Of a DNA stretch of 64,000 bases, positions 41,737-54,791 are shown in pieces. A program made the translations under genes and the position numbers. The DNA is taken from assembly GCA_951406725.2 (NCBI GenBank), contig OX597821.1, positions 66,898,001-66,962,000 of the forward strand. Reading direction: 5' to 3'. This DNA is from Octopus vulgaris (taxonomy: Eukaryota). Within the stretch, counting starts at the first letter, position 1, and the number at the start of each line of letters is the position of its first letter. The notes beneath the pieces were generated by a model. The model saw only the letters and a program-made list of their open reading frames with translations. It was not told the origin of the DNA and did not search any database.

Positions 41737-42492
41737 CATATGCGTTTACACATAAATATACAGATTTTAATGAATTATATGCGAGTGCATACACATGCGT
41801 GTTTGAACTTATGATTGTGTAGCAATATATAAAAACACACAGGTATATATGCGTATATGCATATATGCATATATGCGGATATGCGTATGATCGAGCACAC
41901 CTCTCTATGTGTAGAGACGGTATCATTGTAGCAGTGTGTACTTCTGTTTAGTAAATATTTGATATATGAAATTATCTCCAACGATACAATTCACATATAG
42001 AAATCCATGCAAATAACGCTGGAATGTCCTGGTGCGTAAATAAAATATCATTAATGGCAGTGCCCCAGCATGGCCACAGCTCGTGAGTGAAACTAGATAA
42101 AATAAAATAGAATAAAAAATAATAAAACCATATCACCATCCTTTCTATCTATTACTTATTCTTCTCCTTTCTCTTATAATTATCCCTTGCAATATATACA
42201 TATATCATTAAGTATATGTGTGTATAAGTGTATGCGCGTGATTCTGTGTTATGTCAGGTTGTGTGTGCTTGTGAGTGTGTGTGTGTGTCCGTGTGCGTGT
42301 ATGCCTGTAAATTTGTGGGTGAGTATGTGTGAATGTGTCACTTTATCGTTATATCTTTCGTTCCTTTCATTCTGAGGTTGTTATTTCTTCTTGCTCGTGA
42401 TTCAAAAGTTGCCATTTTCTGACGGATTTACATACACTTTTACATATACACATATATATGTACACATGTACATACATACATACATACATACA

Positions 42493-43045
42493 ACATGGTG
42501 GCTGCCCCCTCGTTATCGAGTATGGCCTTTGCATGAAGCTTAATCAATGTCGTTATCGTGCAATGCCTGTGCAAGAAGATTTTTTTTAAAGTGAGGAAAG
42601 GCTGTGCACTGAGTCAATCCCACTCACTAAGCAACAGCAGCCATAATCCGAAAAGAAGAACAAGTCAACATCATCGGTAACCACTGAGCCGCAAGTTTTA
42701 TGTCAGAGTTATCCCAGTTACCTGAGTTACCTTTTCCTAGAAAGATGCCCTAACAAAGGCTAGGAGTCCTTCACTCCCAATGGTTTAACCGCGCGATCGG
42801 GTATTCAGTCCGATTATTTCTATGTCCCGCGCATGATACAGCCTTAAGACATTTATTGGACGGCCGTTGACTCTCAAGAGTTCCTTTGACGGGTTTTGTT
42901 TTTCATCCCGCAGGGTATCAAATAGACACCCTTCTCACCAAGCAAGCTTGGTGGGGTTGCTGGTTTAGTCACCGACGACCCGACCATGCAACAGGTTGTA
43001 CTGGGTTACATGTTACCAGTAGCACTCGAAAGTGACTTGACACAA
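42493..43045 (-). mobile_element. Interspersed repeat, possibly an RTE-LINE-derived non-coding segment, inside (TACA)n
   Basis: Higher-complexity, GC-richer block flanked on both sides by (TACA)n; minus-strand TCTAGGAAAAGGTAACTC resembles RTE 5' regions (from memory). Confidence 0.4.
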
Positions 43046-43917
43046 CATACATACATACATGCATACATACATACATAAATACATACATACATACATACAT
43101 ACATACATACATACATACATACATACATACATACATACAAACATACATACATACATATCAACCTTGATATCTAGCGTTATTCATATCTTATATTCTATGA
43201 GTATAAGTCATTTTTAGACGATTTAGGTAGTTTGCTGTTTTAACGGTTGACGTTTTTATTCCTATTTTTATCAACCTCTCATCCGTTTTGCACCTCATCT
43301 GTTTATCACTCCTTACATGTAAATTTTATTTATATGTAATATTATATGTATTTTCATATGTTTTTATATTCCTTCAATATTCTTATGTATGTTCGGTTTT
43401 ATTCTTTATACCCTTGGAGAATGTTCACGCATGTACATGCATAATTTATGTTGATCTGTATAATATATATGATTCAACTACTTTGAATGTTTTCATGTAT
43501 GCGTTCGGGAATCTGTTTCTTGAAAATCAGGGAAAAGTGTGAAATCGGTTAAAGCTTTAAATGTATAGATAATAAATATTGTAACTATTCTCAGTTCATT
43601 TTCAACTTCTATTTTACCTATGTATCTACCCGTGTGGAATAAAATAAATAAAAGTAGGTATACAGCTATGAAAGAGGAAAAGACATACAATGTTAATTTA
43701 TTTTTATCAAAAAATTAAAAGTTACTATACAAGTACTGTTATAGGTATGATAAATATATTATTATGATTAATGACACAGAAGATATAAAAAAATGAGGCT
43801 AATTAATTTAATGTGCTAATAATTTTAATCAATTACTTATTAAAACATTGATGTGGTACTTACTGTATACTTACTTATGCAATCCTTTATGTATATATAT
43901 ATATATATATATATACA

Positions 43918-43980
43918 CAAGGGCGGTGCCCCAGCATGGCCTCAGCCGGATGGCTGAAACAAGTAAAAGAGTAAAAGAGT
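43918..43980 (+). mobile_element. Isolated 3' tail of the family-B type (extreme 5' truncation)
   Basis: GGCGGTGCCCCAGCATGGCC...TGAAACAAGTAAAAGAGTAAAAGAGT. Confidence 0.8.
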
Positions 43981-44217
43981 ATATGTGTGTGTGTATATTT
44001 TTAAAATGTGACCGCATGTGAATCGTTGGTGATTTTCTGTCCTCCGTCTTGTTTTCCTATTGGACTCTCCAATTTCTGAGTTTGAGCTTTGCTCGAAACG
44101 TAAGACTACCTTTCTTAAATTCCCTGAGCGTTTGCTAATATTTACACGTACCACGTCCTCGCGTTGTTTTTTGTGCTTGTTCTTCGTTTTTTGGGGGGAT
44201 TTATATATATATTTATT

Positions 44218-44258
<41 letters not shown>

Positions 44259-44684
44259 CTATGCACGTAATTATATGTATATATACGTATATTTAAATTT
44301 ATATTTGATATATGTGTATATATATATATATACCTACATTCTCTTCTGACATTTCTCTTTTCAAAAAAAAAAAGTTTCTCTCAGAGTTCACTATTTCCCT
44401 CTCGTTCTGGTCTAATGACCCTCCAACTGTTTTTTCGTTCCGTTTCCTTGTATGTCTCCAGTGTCATATTTTTTGCTCCCAACTTTGACACTCCATAAAT
44501 CCTGAATTTTATTTTAGAATTCATGGGACCAACTATCTTTGAAGACTCAAACTGCCGCTGAATGCCCGAAATGAGGAGTAGATAAACAGCCGACAACTGA
44601 TGAAGGGTCCTTTCTGTGTGTTTACTTGTCCTGTTTTCTATTTTTGTTGTTTACTATCTATCTATCTCATTGTCTGTTTGCCTA

Positions 44685-44735
<51 letters not shown>

Positions 44736-44768
44736 GCATGTGTATATATATATGTGTGTGTGTGTGCA

Positions 44769-44825
<57 letters not shown>

Positions 44826-44828
<3 letters not shown>

Positions 44829-45032
44829 ATCCAAACATGAAAACACAAAGAAAAAACGCAACAACGCAAGGACGTGGAACAAGTATAGTGTTACTGGACG
44901 CTCAGGAAAGGAAAGAAAGAAGGAGGATTTAATGTTTCGAGTGGAGCTCTTCGTCAGAAACATAGAAAACGGAAAGGTCCGAGGAAGGGAAGACGGAAGA
45001 AGAAAATCGCCAACGATACACACGCGGTCACA
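44826..45032 (-). mobile_element. TA-flanked module with a hammerhead-like core; diverged inverted homologue at 44006-44192
   Basis: Minus 44928-44960 TTT-CTGACGA-AGAG-CTCCA-CTC-GAAA-CATT-AAA; both copies begin ATGTGACCGC.TGTG.ATCGTTGG.GATTTTCT. Confidence 0.65.
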
Positions 45033-45043
45033 TATATACATAG

Positions 45044-45085
<42 letters not shown>

Positions 45086-45560
45086 ACATCTATTAACTCT
45101 CGCTACAATGCAATACATAAAAACATAACAGCAAAAATATAATTACAAAGATTTAGACTTTCGACTTAAGTTAAAATATTTCGGATTATAAATTCTTAAA
45201 TAAAAACAATGGCGACGTTTTTCAGTGATACCAACATATATTTGTAGTATTTACGACTTTATGAACTTTTTTGTAGATAGTTTGATATAGAGCGGTATGG
45301 TAGAGTTCGATGTGTCAGTCGCTTCAGCAGTTTTTTTTTTGTCCTTTACAGTGTGTAAGTTTTTACATCTGTATTTCTCAAATTTCCGATACTTCATTCT
45401 GTGACATTTATGCTAACACTTTCTCTTACTACTTTTTACCAGGCGTTCGAAGGAAGGTCCGAGTTGATTCAATGTATGTATATGTAAGTGTGTGTGTGTA
45501 TATACTTTATTTTTAACTCACACACAAACGTCTATACATACGCACGCACACACACACACT

Positions 45561-45592
<32 letters not shown>

Positions 45593-45664
45593 CTTTATTA
45601 AAAAGCAGCAAAAATATCACATAAACTGTTACTCAGTTTCACGTTCCCGTTCTCCGGAAAAATT

Positions 45665-45710
<46 letters not shown>

Positions 45711-45742
45711 TATATATATTCTCTTTTTTCATATATTCATAT

Positions 45743-45813
<71 letters not shown>

Positions 45814-46025
45814 CTTCAGTAAAATAGCTATACACGGACTCACACCTATATCATCATGATCAACATGATGAGGTATTTTCTGCTCTCAGCGGCTTGCATG
45901 ACATGGCTTCCCATCTTGGATTGCTCTGTACTTACAACACAATTGCATCTGAAGTCCTTTCGGGTGTTTATATTGCGCGTTCGCGTAATTCGTGGTTTTT
46001 CTATTCTTACCATAGAGTTTGACAT

Positions 46026-46812
46026 TTAAGGGATAAGCTCTACAGACACGGCTCGAGAAACACGGGGCCAACCTGCCTGAGATGCGGTGAGAGCGAAGAA
46101 ACCGTTCTGCACGCACTCGTACATTGTCCAACCATTTCCGACCTGTGGGCTTATGTCGAACGATTGCTGTCACATGTGGGACGGGTCGGTTTATCAGCTG
46201 AGTCAATCGTCAATATTGTCATGCCTCCTTCGTTCAAACGGGAAGGAATAGCTATTTTCATCAGACTTGTGGCTATGGCGAAAGAATGTATCTGGTGGAC
46301 ACGTCTGAAAGGATTAGAGACAAGCAGTTTCCTCTCTGGTCAATCTCTCATCAACTTCTTCAAGTATCACTTGAAAAGGAAAGTAAGAGTAGAGAGGCAA
46401 GTTTTGACTAGCGAATGTTTCAAAAAAAGATGGGTGAATGCAGCAAGAATGGCACGTATGAAAGATGAAGCCACCTTGAGTATGATCCTATGAACCCGGA
46501 AAAATTTTAAATAGAGAGTTACTTACTTGCAAATAAATGTGTTAACATGTGACATTATTGACCGAGGTTACCGTGGTCTTTTCCGTAGGCTTTTCATTCC
46601 ACGGTAAACCTTATCTGTTTCCTCCTTTACACTTTATATCATGACATTTCTGTGAAACATGATCCCTATTGATTGTTTTTTTCTTTTCTTTCCTATATAC
46701 GATCCCTTTTGATCGAAAACCTACCCCACTTATTTTTTCTCCCCAAAAAGAAAAGCTCCACCTTGTAATTTGTCCCGTCTGTGTTCAGCCATGTGTGGCT
46801 AATAAAGAAACA
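46026..46812 (+). mobile_element. 5'-truncated Tx1/L1-clade LINE: ORF2 C-terminus (open 46026-46493) plus 3' UTR
   Basis: LRDKLYRHG...TCLRCGESEETVLHALVHCPTISDLW (CCHC zf-RVT) ...AKECIWWTR; 3' end TGTGGCTAATAAAGAAA. Confidence 0.88.
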
Positions 46813-47124
46813 TAAATTATTTGAATAAACCAGTTTTACCAATTAATTCTGTCATGGTTTCGAAGAAAATTATGTTTGATCTGGTCACTTTTACTATTTC
46901 ATCGTCTACACATGTGCTATTCATGATATTCTTAGTAGTTTACTATATTTGCTTATACATATTTCGTTCAATGATATGTAATTTATCGGTCAAGAACTTT
47001 CTCAGCGACTGAACACATTATTATAACAGAAGCAAACATAACTGAAATGATAACTTATCTCCACGTTTGTAAAATTCTGTATATACACTCATTGTCTTCT
47101 CCTGCAAAATCCCCAGCACAACTA

Positions 47125-47361
47125 CAGAGTGGCCCAAGAGTAGATTTACATTTATTCAACTTTCACTTTCGCATTAATATATTAACAGTATAGGTCTTAA
47201 TTATAAATAAATATATGAAACCATTATTCTATGCTAATTTAGTTAATATTGTCTTGCTCCCTTTTCAGTTTCTAAGATAGAAATTTAAATGTAATAAAAT
47301 GTTTAAAAAGAAATTTAAATTGCCCACGTGATAAGTGTAAACCTACTTTCGGGTCGCCCTG
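47125..47361. mobile_element. Tc1/mariner-type MITE
   Basis: TA|CAGAGTGGCCCAAGAGTAGATTTACA ... TGTAAACCTACTTTCGGGTCGCCCTG|TA: imperfect 26-bp TIRs with TA TSD. Confidence 0.8.
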
Positions 47362-48359
47362 TATATACCGATGGACCGCTGCGAGAAGCTGAATGCAGCG
47401 ATGATAATAACAATTCTTAAAGGTGCAAATATGGTACCTACAGACAATCATGGCATTGCAGGATTTACATCCTATGATGTTGGTGCTGACAAGGTCAATT
47501 TTACCATCTCATAATTTCGGATTTCATTCAGTTTCTCGCACTTGGGTTTTGTCCTAATGCATAAATCGCATGTGTTAGTCTGCGCATCATCGAAACCAGC
47601 CAGATGGATCACATCATCAACAAAATAAACAACTATGCTCCACCACCCACCGAATCAAGTGAGTTTTCCTGTGTTAAGTTACTTCAAGCCCCAGGCTTCA
47701 TTCCTGGTGATGCCCTTCCGTCAATTGCTCTAAGTTACTGTTTTGTATTCACAGTCTCCTCCGAACCGACTATGATCTACTGCGCACACTCCCTACCGGT
47801 TCTTGAACGCGGACACTGGCGAAGCTCCACTCTCAATCGTTTAAAGTAAGATTACGTCAGTATTTGATTGTCTACAGAACCTCCGACCTCCACACTCGAT
47901 CGAACAAAATGTGCTTGCTACACACGTTAAATACTTCGCTTTAACTATCATGTTCTGCTTCAATACCAGCTTCAGACGTGATTGTTTTCATCTCTCTTGG
48001 AGTTGTTCATAATCTTGCTCAAAGCCCAACTATTTCATGGGTTGCTGAAGCAACGAATTAAAGGCAACTGTGCGAATTTAATTCAAATGTTTGCAGAAAT
48101 TTTACAGTTTGAAGAAAAGAAACTTTGGCTCTGAGAGTATATGTTACTTCTTTTAATTATTTCATTTTTACGCATTGGCCAAAGTAAGATAATGGTTTAA
48201 TGAAATTAGGTCAATGGTAACATTCTCACCGAAATTAATCACGATATTTAATTAATATAGTGAATGCAATCAGTAATGAAAAGGTCAACTAGAATTAATT
48301 GTACTACAATGTAAAATTAATTATAAATATTTAAATTATTTCGAGAAACACAGGAAATA

Positions 48360-48814
48360 TTCTTTTCTACTCTAGGTACAAGGCCCGAAATTTTTGGGAA
48401 GCGAGCCAGTAGCTTAGATCGACCCCAGTACGGAAATGGTACTTAATTTGTCGACCTCGAAAGGATGAAAGGCAAAGATGAAAGGAGGAAAGGTGGAATT
48501 TGAACTCAGAACATAAAGAGAGACGAATTACCTATTTCTTTACTACCCACAAGGGGCTAAACACAGAGGAGACAGACAGACGGATTAAGGACAGACAGAC
48601 GGATTAAGGACAGACAGACGGATTAAGGACAGACAGACGGATTAAGGACAGACAGACGGATTAAGTCGATTATATCAGTGCATAACGGGTACTTAATTTA
48701 TCGACCCCGAAAGGATGAAAGGCAAAGTTGACCTTGGAGGAATTTGAACTCAGAACATAACGGCAGACGAAATACCGCTAAGCATTTCGCCCGGCATGCT
48801 AACGTTTCTGAAGT
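48360..48814 (-). mobile_element. Dimeric family-A SINE
   Basis: TSD-like ACAGGAAATA at 48350-48359 and 48815-48824; internal junction TACC|TATTTCTTTAC as at about 2459. Confidence 0.88.
48571..48665. repeat. 19-bp minisatellite, 5 perfect copies, inside a SINE
   Basis: (GACAGACAGACGGATTAAG)5. Confidence 0.97.
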
Positions 48815-49188
48815 ACAGGAAATACTAACTGCGAACATTTGTTGGTCTTTTTGTGATATCATCAGCAAAGCATTGCTCTTTCCGAAGTAATATGTTACTA
48901 AATATGTAACAAATACTGTAATAGTAGAAGCCTGAACTACATAGAATCATTAATAGAATAAGAAACTCAGGGTCGTTATATATTTGGAAAACAATCGCTT
49001 AGTTGCTTACCGAAGTAGTAATGGTGTCACTGAGTTATATACTCTCTAACAAAATGTGTTTTGATACTATAACAAATAAATGATCTCGTTTATTTCATTA
49101 CTTTCATGGCCACTAGGTGAAGGCGATGATTATAGCCGAGATTCAAAAACGCCGTGTTATTATGTATGTCAGTTAATATTTCCTTCAA

Positions 49189-49407
49189 GCTAAGACGACG
49201 AGTTAGTAGAAACCTTAGCACGCTGGCCTAAAAGCTTAGCGGTATTTCGTCTGTCTTTACGTTCTGAGTTCAAATTCCGCGGGGACGACTTTGCCTTTCA
49301 TCTTATGAGGGTCAATAAATTAAGTACCAGTTGCGTATTGGAGTCGATCTAATCGATTGGGCCCCTACTCCCCCAAAATTCTGGGCTTTGTGCCTAGAGT
49401 AGGAAAG
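49189..49407 (+). mobile_element. Monomeric family-A SINE with TSD
   Basis: AATATTTCCTTCAA at 49175-49188 and 49408-49421; an older copy follows at about 49425-49610. Confidence 0.88.
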
Positions 49408-49974
49408 AATATTTCCTTCAACCTAGCTGAATCATTAGCACACCGTGCAAAATACCAAGCGGTATTGCGCCTATATTCAAGTTCTGAGTTCAAATTCTGC
49501 TGTGGACCTCTTTACCGTTCATTTCGAGGCTGATAAAATACGTACCGCATGAACCCTGGGGTCGATTTAATCTACTTAGCCCCTCTTGTGCTTAAATTTG
49601 AAACCAATATCACCTTAACTTAGAAGTTATATACAACTGATAACAACATGTACTTCAAACTTATCAACTTCCATGCTTTCTTTTGTCGGCAGAAGATGGC
49701 GAAGCAAGGAGACAACAGAAAACTTTGAACGCGCTAATGATGAAAGTGGAAATATGTTTTCCAGCAAATGTATTTTCTGCCTTTCGGCAAGTTGCAGACA
49801 TACTTGTGACTGGATTCGTTCAAATGTTAAAATGGTAAACTCAGTATTAAAGTGGGTGCACGGAAATAATTTTCAGAGATTGTTAAAATAAAGAAGTAGA
49901 TATAAACACGAGATATGCACAAAAGCAACAGATAGAAACACTAATAGCATCTCTACATATTATATTCCTATTGT

Positions 49975-50458
49975 GGCGCAATGACCCAGTGGTTAGGGCA
50001 GCAGACTCGTGGTTTCGTAGGACGTCCCGGATAAAAATTTAAAATGTCCCCTCTGAAGTAGAGGTAGGCTGGATTGTAGCCACACTTCTATACAAGAGGG
50101 AGGACAATATACAATTGATCGAAATTGCAAGAGACGGGCCTACAATTCCAGTCTGTTATATATTTTGAGTATTGTTATCACTAGCGATATCAAGATATAA
50201 CTTTGTATTTTGTATTTTATGTGTAGAGCGAAAACATCTAAAGCTCCACGAGCCTCAAGCAGGTGGTGGTGGTGAGTCTTGCTGTACTCTCACTCTTTAT
50301 TCCTGTTTCTGTTGTACCTGTATTTCAAAGAGCTTAACTAAGTTAAGGGTAGACGTGACTGTGGAGTGCTCAGCTATTTACACGTTAATTTCACGAGCAG
50401 GCAGTTCCGTTGATCTGATCAACTGGAACCTCTCGTCGTCGAAACCGACAGAGTGCCA
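49975..50458 (+). mobile_element. Family-D-headed SINE interrupted by a 212-bp insert
   Basis: Head GGCGCAATGACCCAGTGGTTAGGGCAGCAGACTCG resumes at GAGCGAAAACATCTAAAGCTCCACG after the insert 50016-50227. Confidence 0.8.
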
Positions 50459-51056
50459 TGATTATATTGCTAATCCCATGAACACCGATGCCGATACTAT
50501 AGCATTACATATTGGTTTCAAATTTCGGCACCAGACTAGCAATATCGGAGGAAGGGGAAAAAATCGATTACATCGACCTCGAATAAATGAAAGGCAAAGC
50601 CGATCTCAGCGGAGTTTGAACAGAGAACATAAACAGCGAACGAAATACTTCTAAGCGTGTTGCACGGTGTGGTAACGACTCTGCCACCTCAACACCTTTA
50701 TAACGTTATATAATTATGGAATATTCTCAATCTATTTAATTCTTCGTGAGGAAATGAAGAACTATTAAGAAGCGTAATAACCGATACTCACAGATCCCAA
50801 AATTTTCTTCAAACTCGTAAATATAAAGCCCATACTGCAGCAGTTTCACATTGAAAGAATGCAATATGATATAACCGCTACTCAACATGCGATATTCTTC
50901 CCACCATTGCCGATATCAGACATCTGAAAAATCTGGCAAATTAACAACTGAATTGAATCATATTCATATGAAGCTGTATATCTTTGTCGTTCTCCCACTT
51001 GCTTTCTCTCTCTCTTGCTCTCTCTCTCTCTCTCTCTGAGGCTTTCTCGCTGTGTT

Positions 51057-51124
<68 letters not shown>

Positions 51125-51659
51125 AGTATGTATGTATATGTACGTATTTGTCTACGATGGTGCGTGTGCATGTAAATATTACACAACTGGTTCGTATTAG
51201 TATTCATTAACTGCATAACTATATAATTTCGTATGTATCATTAAATGAGAGAGGCCAAGCGCTTATTTTCTATTTATTATGTTTACATCAGTGCAAAGTA
51301 ATCGTTTATACAATATAATTATATAATAATTAGATTTATGTAAATATGAATGTCTGTGAGTGTGTGTGTCTATGTGTTTCTTTTATATTTTGAATTTTAC
51401 TCGTTTTGGTCATTGGACTGCAGCCATGCTGGATTAATGCCTTGACAGAGATCAGTCGAATAAATTAATTCCAGCACTTTCAAGCCTAGTAGTTCTTGTT
51501 TCTGTCTCTCTTTTATCGAACCTCTAAGTTATGGGAACATAAACATACCAAAACCTGTTGTCAATCAATGAAGGACAAACAGAAAAAGAAAGACACACAC
51601 ACATGCATATATATATACATATATGTATGTCTGTATGTATATACATATATGTATGTCTG

Positions 51660-51712
<53 letters not shown>

Positions 51713-52000
51713 TACATCAAGTCCAGGATATCACCAACGAGTGAAAATTACGTAGACAAACCAGCGATAAGTAGAGCACAAATTACCAAAAAATATACGA
51801 TAAGAATGGGACATCAGCTACGTGTGAAAAATGCGTAAAGATATAATGAGAGACAAGTACGGGACAAAATGCCAAAAGACGTCTGACCCCACCTCAGTTT
51901 TCGACTGTTAATTACTCCTTGTTTCGAGCTTTCAACGACAATATAGATAAACTTCATAAAACAGCTTCATCCAAAAATTTTTTAAATATAAAATTTCTGG

Positions 52001-52035
<35 letters not shown>

Positions 52036-52273
52036 TGTATGTATGTATGTATGTATGTATGTATGTATGTATGTATGTGTGTATATATGTGTGTATGTAT
52101 GTATGTATGTATGTATGTATGTACGTATTCTATGTATTCAAAGCAAGGGTAATCCTATTTTTTAAATGTTCATTGCATTGCTCGTATGTAACTTTATCGT
52201 AATTTTTATGGTGGTTTTTAGACCATTGGACCTGATTTTAGCAAGTGGTAGTATATACCCTACCTAATCTTAA

Positions 52274-52315
<42 letters not shown>

Positions 52316-52324
52316 ATATATATA

Positions 52325-53310
52325 CTAGCATTATGACCTGGTGCTGCCGAGTCACATTGCTAGTGCATGTATATATGTGTATATATATGTGTACATCTAT
52401 ATATATACATCTACACATAAAATACAAAATACAAAGTTATATCTTGATATCGCTAGTGATAACAATACTCAAAATATATAACAGACCGGAATTATAGGCC
52501 GGTCTCTTGCAATTTCGATCATTTGTATCTTGTCCTCCCTCTTGTATAGAAGTGTGGCTACAATCCAGCCTACCTCTACTTCTAAGGGGAAATTTTTAAT
52601 TTTTATCCGGGACGTCCTACGTCCCAGATATAAAGGTAAAAATAAAATATTTCCACTTTGCAATGTTCGAGTCGATTACTCCCTTGCACGCTCTGTTGAC
52701 TCGAACCTTGCTTCTATTGTGGCGAATTTACCGCCTTTGGTTAGATACCTGATATCTTTCATACTCGCACCAAGACACTTTTCGATGGTGCTTTCCTTCA
52801 GGTTTTCAAATCTTTTTTTTTTCTCTACATTGTATACTTTATTGACAATAGTCTTTTCTTTAATTTAATGGACTATTCCATTTCTGCGCATTAATTTTAT
52901 TTTAATTTATTCCCCTTCATGTGAATCCACTTATTCAAGTTCAAGTCATTGATGCAATTTTATACCAATTGCTATTTTTACTTTTGTTATGTTACGATTA
53001 TATTATACTTTAGTTTAATTTTAATTATTACTTACTACATATAATTCAATTGTTATTATTATTTTTATTGTTAAAGTGAAAGTATCTGACATAAAATAGA
53101 GAAGAGTTTTTGCTTCACTTTTAACACGTAATACTGAAATAGTGAAGATATGATATTGCTATGGGCTCGCTCTAGGCAAGAAGTTGAACATTCTTTTGCC
53201 CATGAAACTACATGGACTCTAAGTAAGGCTTGTGTAGTTCTCAAGTTTTAGGGAAACACACACACACAGACAGACAGACAGACACACATTCTCAGTTTTA
53301 TATATATAGA
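52325..53310 (-). mobile_element. Non-autonomous Helitron (about 986 bp)
   Basis: Minus 5' A|TCTATATATATAAAACTG followed by (CTGT)n/(GT)n; 3' imperfect hairpin GACTCGG-CAGCA-CCAGGTC then ATAATGCTAG|T; inserted between A and T. Confidence 0.8.
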
Positions 53311-54353
53311 TATATATATATATATATGTATATATATGAGTGTATTTTCTTTTTTACAAATTAACCAATGGAGCAATAATCACCAACTTTGTAGGTTCCC
53401 CCCACCCCGGTCCTGTGAGATTTACTGGTCTACCGCCCAGCGGGATCATCTGGACAATGTCTCACTACCAAGAACCGCCAAAAGAAAAAGAAAACTGTAA
53501 AAAGAAAATGAGGTTTATGTAAGAAAACAACCATGGATCTTGTGTGTCAGTGAATAAGCCTCGCTGAAAGCATCAAAAGACACGTTGAGATTGTTTAACA
53601 GCGCAAGGTTTCACGATGCTGTATTTATTATTTAATTTGTTGGTTGCTAGTTGTTTGCATATTTCATATGATGCCGGCACGTGTACTCTAGCAATGTCTA
53701 AAACACTCGCAAACATTTTTACTTTGAAACCTAAGTCAGTTTTTTGGAAAAAGAAATATATTTACTACATCGTATAGTTTGATTGCAGTAAAAATATGGA
53801 TTTGACCTAATATTGTTATTATTGTGATTCTATTTCTCCCAACAATAAGTCGGATGATTTCGCTCGCTTCTTTAAGCCAATGTATCATGTGATAGGCAGG
53901 CACGCTTCTTTATTAAAACTCGATGTTGCACTACAATCTAATTCATTGAATAGAATTTTGGTTTATGAATCCATTATCAACGTACACATACATAGATACA
54001 CGCATACCTACAACCAAAATTACATATAGACATAAGTACACAGACACGTACATACATACATAAATACATACGTATACATCAATATGTATGTCTGTACGCA
54101 TGTACATATTCGTGTGAGTATGCATATATAGATATGCGCATGATTAGAATGTGAAACTTAATTCTGTAAGCAGGGATTATAATTACTTGCAAAACATTTA
54201 ATCTATCCATAGTACACAGCGCTTAGGTAATTTTATTACAGTATTACTGTGGATGGAAAATACGAACACACTTCTCTCTCTGGTTCTGTCTCCGTTTGTC
54301 TGTCGGTCTGCCTGTGTGCCTTTGTCTCCCTCTCTCTCTTTCTGTTTCTCCTG

Positions 54354-54395
<42 letters not shown>

Positions 54396-54413
54396 CATAC
54401 ATACGTGTGTGTT

Positions 54414-54445
<32 letters not shown>

Positions 54446-54452
<7 letters not shown>

Positions 54453-54602
54453 CATACATATAAGAGGGATGACCACTAAGAAAGGAATGTTCTCAAGAAA
54501 GAGAACATTCTTTTCTTAGTCGTAAGACCATAGTGAGGGGGGGCGACTTCTCGCATACGGATATCCACTTAGTGGTCATCCCTCTTATATGTATGTAATA
54601 TA
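54446..54602. repeat. 35-bp perfect inverted repeat enclosing a second 20-bp hairpin
   Basis: 54446-54480 is the reverse complement of 54568-54602; inner stem 54475-54494/54501-54520. Confidence 0.9.
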
Positions 54603-54704
54603 ATTTTTCTGAATCTTCAGATTTTTGTATATGCTTAACCACTGGTTTTATATTGATATTAATCAAATTAATAATCAATTTTTCACCCCTATTATTTTAA
54701 ATTT

Positions 54705-54791
<87 letters not shown>

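Noticed and set aside
48571-48665. CRISPR-like regular repeat
   Set aside because: The units are contiguous with no spacers, lie inside a SINE, and there are no cas genes; the context is eukaryotic
51915-51975. Decayed hammerhead on the minus strand (GGATGA-AGCT...AGCTC-GAAAC)
   Set aside because: The core and stems I and III are too degenerate to support
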